DNA of 64,000 bases from Bacteroidales bacterium (GTDB lineage: Bacteria; Bacteroidota; Bacteroidia; Bacteroidales; UBA3663). How positions within the stretch are numbered: the first letter of the stretch is position 1; each line of letters begins with the position of its first letter. Both the position numbers and the translations under genes were made by a program. The stretch lies in NCBI GenBank assembly GCA_045627785.1, contig JAZQOF010000004.1, forward strand, positions 53,948-117,947, in the 5' to 3' direction. This document shows, piece after piece, positions 61,908-64,000 of the stretch. The notes beneath the pieces were generated by a model. That model did not search any database, had not been told where the DNA came from, and worked only from the letters and a program-made list of their open reading frames with translations.

Positions 61908-64000
61908 TTAGTTTGCTATTTCAGAGATGAACTTGATACGAACCAATCGGATTTCACGTTCTTCATAGAAACTGCCGTTTTCTTTGTAAGCAGCCTCAAG
62001 ATTATCATCTTTTGTTTCCTTGAAGTACTGATACAGCTCTTCAACATCTTCATGATCCATCACATCTTCGAGGAAGTAATCAATATTCAAACGTGTTCCG
62101 CTTGATATGATTGCTTCAATTTCTGTGAGCATATCATCGAAATCGAGGTGAAGTGACTCTGCAATGTCGTCCAAAGGAATTCTTCGGTCAATTGACTGGA
62201 TAATTGCGACTTTGATCTTAGACTTATTGGCAACTGTACGTACTCGGAAGTCTTCCGGTCTTTCGATATCGTTCTCTTCGCAGTGTTTCTTGATCAAAGC
62301 ACAGAATTCTTCTCCATACCTCTTGGCTTTTCCTGCACCTACACCTGGAACATTCTGAAGTTCTTCAATAGAAATAGGGTAGGTTGTTGCCATTGCTTCA
62401 AGAGAAGGATCCTGGAAGATGACATATGGTGGAAGATTGAGACGTTTTGCTACTTCCTTACGAAGGTCTTTCAACATTCCATAAAGAGCTTCATCGGCAG
62501 CTGCTGAAGCGCCGCTTCCCTTCATCTCTACTTCGTTTGAAGAATCATCCTCGTCACTTTCAACTACAATATTAAATGACTTAGGATTGTTCAAGAACTT
62601 CTTTCCGGCAGCAGTTACTTTCAATGTACCATATGACTCGATATCTCTTACAAGATATTTTGCGAGAAGTGCCTGATGAATAACATTGTGCCAAGTATCT
62701 GGGACTTCGTCGTTTCCGCTTCCGAAGCATTCGAGTTCATCATGTTTGTTGAATGCAACTTCATCTGTCTTGATACCTTCAAGAACAGTTACGATATAAT
62801 CCTGCTTGCACTTTTCTTTTACCGAGAGGATTGTCTCGATTACAGCGCAAAGCAATTCCTTTGCTTCGATGTGTTTCTTCGGCTTTCTGCAATTATCGCA
62901 GTTGCCACATTCGTCATCCTTATAGTCTTCACCGAAATAGTGGAGCAGATGTTTGCGACGACAAATACTTGTTTCTGCATAAGCCTGTGTTTCACGCAAA
63001 AGAAGTTTGCCGATCTCTTTTTCAGAGTCGATCTTATTCTGCATGAACTTCTCGAGCTTGTAGAGATCCTTGTCGCAATAGAAAGCTATACATTCGCCTT
63101 CGCCGCCATCTCGACCAGCACGACCAGTTTCCTGATAGTATCCTTCAAGACTCTTTGGCATATCGTAGTGGATCACATATCTTACGTCCGGTTTGTCGAT
63201 ACCCATACCAAATGCGATTGTAGCGACAATGACATCGACACGTTCCATAAGGAAGTCGTCTTGATATTGAGAGCGAATGTCACTATCCATACCAGCATGA
63301 TATGGACGACAAGTGATGCTGTTTGCTGTCAATACTTCAGCAAACTCTTCAACTTTCTTGCGGCTTAAACAATATATAATACCAGATTTGCCAGGACGCT
63401 GCTTGATGTATTTGATAATCTCGCGATCGATATTATCTGTCTTAAGGCGTACTTCGTAATAAAGGTTTGGACGATTGAATGAAGACTTGAATACAGTTGC
63501 TTTCTGTATGCTCAGATTCTTCATAATATCGTGCTGTACCTTTACAGTTGCAGTTGCAGTAAGTGCAATCACAGGACGACTGCCTATCTTGTTGATAATA
63601 GGACGTATATTACGATATTCTGGACGGAAGTCGTGACCCCATTCAGAAATACAATGAGCTTCGTCAATAGCGAAGAAAGAAATCTTAATTGAACTAAGGA
63701 AATCGACATTCTCCTGTTTGGTCAAAGACTCTGGAGCTACATAAAGCAGCTTTGTCTTTCCGTTAACGATATCCTCCTTAACTTGATCAATTGCAGATTT
63801 ATTGAGAGAAGAATTAATAAAATGAGCTACGTTATCATCCTCACTGAAGTTTCGCATCGCATCGACTTGGTTTTTCATCAATGCAATGAGAGGAGAGATT
63901 ACAATTGCTGTGCCTTCCATTAAGAGTGACGGTAACTGATAGCAAAGAGATTTTCCACCACCAGTTGGCATCAATACGAAAGTATCGTTGCCATCCATAA
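61908..64000 (-). CDS. recQ: ATP-dependent DNA helicase RecQ (full type with RQC and HRDC); N-terminal ~40 aa lie outside the window
   Basis: PTGGGKS, AIDEAHCISEWGHDFRP, ALTATAT, QETGRAGRD, a Zn cluster CRRKHLLHYFGE...CGNCDNC and an HRDC region (LRKEVAKRLNLPPYVIFQDPSL). The frame is open to the window edge. Confidence 0.92.
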   Translation of the reverse strand, partial: MDGNDTFVLMPTGGGKSLCYQLPSLLMEGTAIVISPLIALMKNQVDAMRNFSEDDNVAHFINSSLNKSAIDQVKEDIVNGKTKLLYVAPESLTKQENVDFLSSIKISFFAIDEAHCISEWGHDFRPEYRNIRPIINKIGSRPVIALTATATVKVQHDIMKNLSIQKATVFKSSFNRPNLYYEVRLKTDNIDREIIKYIKQRPGKSGIIYCLSRKKVEEFAEVLTANSITCRPYHAGMDSDIRSQYQDDFLMERVDVIVATIAFGMGIDKPDVRYVIHYDMPKSLEGYYQETGRAGRDGGEGECIAFYCDKDLYKLEKFMQNKIDSEKEIGKLLLRETQAYAETSICRRKHLLHYFGEDYKDDECGNCDNCRKPKKHIEAKELLCAVIETILSVKEKCKQDYIVTVLEGIKTDEVAFNKHDELECFGSGNDEVPDTWHNVIHQALLAKYLVRDIESYGTLKVTAAGKKFLNNPKSFNIVVESDEDDSSNEVEMKGSGASAAADEALYGMLKDLRKEVAKRLNLPPYVIFQDPSLEAMATTYPISIEELQNVPGVGAGKAKRYGEEFCALIKKHCEENDIERPEDFRVRTVANKSKIKVAIIQSIDRRIPLDDIAESLHLDFDDMLTEIEAIISSGTRLNIDYFLEDVMDHEDVEELYQYFKETKDDNLEAAYKENGSFYEEREIRLVRIKFISEIAN

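Noticed and set aside
62676-63368. 230-aa plus-strand ORF, and other long antisense ORFs (4977-5528, 6093-6713, 9761-10210, 36864-37370, 44164-44538)
   Set aside because: All lie entirely inside strongly supported genes on the opposite strand (recQ, GH95, clpC, tgt, recJ). None has a recognisable motif, and their composition is typical of shadow ORFs.

Overview
This looks like a chromosomal segment of a low-GC Bacteroidota genome. Lipoprotein-type signal peptides, TAnnTTTG -7 promoter boxes, short or absent leaders and the gene content point to Bacteroidales, possibly Prevotellaceae; the genus cannot be proven from sequence alone. I support about 57 protein-coding genes, two tRNAs (Thr-UGU, Glu-UUC), one cobalamin riboswitch, a few hairpin terminators and two arrays of a 42-bp repeat family. 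I see no integrase, transposase, CRISPR array or phage genes. Most of the window is housekeeping: clpC, hisA-hisF-hisIE, ftsE, holA, tgt, glnS, recJ, two recQ paralogs, rsmG, yicC, gmk, nadD and secG. Carbohydrate genes (GH35 plus GH95, a CE15 fusion) are interspersed. Six regions deserve a second look. (1) The strongest candidate is a tightly packed plus-strand operon at 12358-17858. It encodes an RsbW-like kinase, a STAS antagonist, a 976-aa ABCG-type transporter with extra sensor-like domains, a lipoprotein and a stand-alone RelA/SpoT-fold protein. (2) At 29260-35839 an MBOAT gene sits with two SGNH genes, a lipocalin-like lipoprotein gene and a Wzi-like outer-membrane protein gene, suggesting a glycan O-acetylation cluster. 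(3) Two 42-bp tandem repeat arrays lie in opposite orientation at 22561-22728 and 58283-58430. (4) One gene fuses an AmgK-like kinase to a RapZ C-terminal domain. (5) Another fuses a thioredoxin-like domain to a CE15 esterase domain with an altered catalytic signature. (6) A cobalamin riboswitch precedes a BtuB and BtuG-like uptake pair. All functional calls rest on motif and domain recognition by eye; no database search was run.
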